Of a DNA stretch of 64,000 nucleotides, positions 63,066-64,000 are shown one piece after another. The stretch is from NCBI RefSeq assembly GCF_001194135.2, contig NC_068988.1, positions 47,051,578 through 47,115,577 on the forward strand, written 5' to 3'. Position 1 is the stretch's first letter. Each line of letters begins with the position of its first letter. Both the position numbers and the translations under genes were made by a program. Below the pieces are notes generated by a model, which saw only the letters and a program-made list of their open reading frames with translations, searched no databases and was not told where the DNA came from. This DNA comes from Octopus bimaculoides. Taxonomy: Eukaryota.

Positions 63066-64000
63066 NNNNNNNNNNNNNNNNNNNNNNNNNNNNNNNNNNN
63101 NNNNNNNNNNNNNNNNNNNNNNNNNNNNNNNNNNNNNNNNNNNNNNNNNNNNNNNNNNNNNNNNNNNNNNNNNNNNNNNNNNNNNNNNNNNNNNNNNNNN
63201 NNNNNNNNNNNNNNNNNNNNNNNNNNNNNNNNNNNNNNNNNNNNNNNNNNNNNNNNNNNNNNNNNNNNNNNNNNNNNNTTTATGTATTTATCTATCTTCA
63301 TATACATATATAATAGATAAACGAGAGATACATACAAGTACACAGACACAGACACAGACACACAAATATACACATATATACATATATAGATAATCACACA
63401 GTTTCATTTAAATGCACAGATATTCATACAAAATTTGTATGTACATATAAATATACAGAAATTCTATCGAACAACCGTCTACATACTTGTCTAACTAACT
63501 ATAAATGCGTGTGTATGGTGTATGCCTGTGTACTTGTATTTTTGTATGTGTATAAATGTATATATACATGCACACACAAAAGTATGTATCATTATTTATA
63601 GACTGAGGTATAACATAATTCTTATGGCATACCAACTGTTATGGAAGATATCAGATTATGAAAATTATTCATGGTTTAATGGAAGATAAAATGTAGACAT
63701 ACTCACACTGACTCACACATATACACAAGTATACATGCATATACACGTTATATATACATGCTTGTATATGCAGCACTTTGGCTATTTACCTTTCACTATG
63801 TATAGCTTATATATTAATATATTTAAATCTATGGAACAGTTTATAAATATTTTATATTCTTCATGTTTATGTGCACTTTCATATTAACTAGATATACATA
63901 CACATGCATATATGTGTGGGTATGTATATATGTGTGTATATTTATATATATTTATATATACATGCACACATGTAAATATATATATATATATATATATATA

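Noticed and set aside
1-64000. CRISPR arrays, rRNA genes, operon-like or defence systems
   Set aside because: No regularly spaced repeat-spacer array, rRNA motif or prokaryote-like gene density is present.

Overview
AT-rich, microsatellite-dense animal genomic scaffold with about 12 N-gaps. The tRNA-headed SINE families, RTE LINE 3' ends with (GAT)n tails and microsatellite load point to an Octopus (coleoid cephalopod) genome; this is inference from remembered repeat families, not a database result. No intact protein-coding gene is visible. Host-derived coding sequence is limited to an intronless, decayed RPL5 retrocopy (~43974-44682, +) and one frameshifted C2H2 zinc-finger exon (689-853, -). 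The rest is layered transposon relics: RTE LINEs whose ORF carries a PHD-like finger, two different restriction-like-endonuclease non-LTR elements (R4/Dong-like and HERO-like), three or more Penelope-like (PLE) relics with decayed hammerhead-ribozyme-like motifs, three Tc1/mariner lineages, a TTAA piggyBac-type MITE and many SINEs. Most long ORFs in the supplied track are artefacts of N-runs or microsatellites. I see no intact novel multi-gene system. The best leads are in mobile-element biology: an R4-like element inserted in a (TACA)n repeat, a mariner+RTE-tail junction seen twice, SINE head/tail shuffling, and hammerhead relics. Boundaries are hand-read and approximate; family labels A-F and module labels (H1/H2, T1-T3) are my own.
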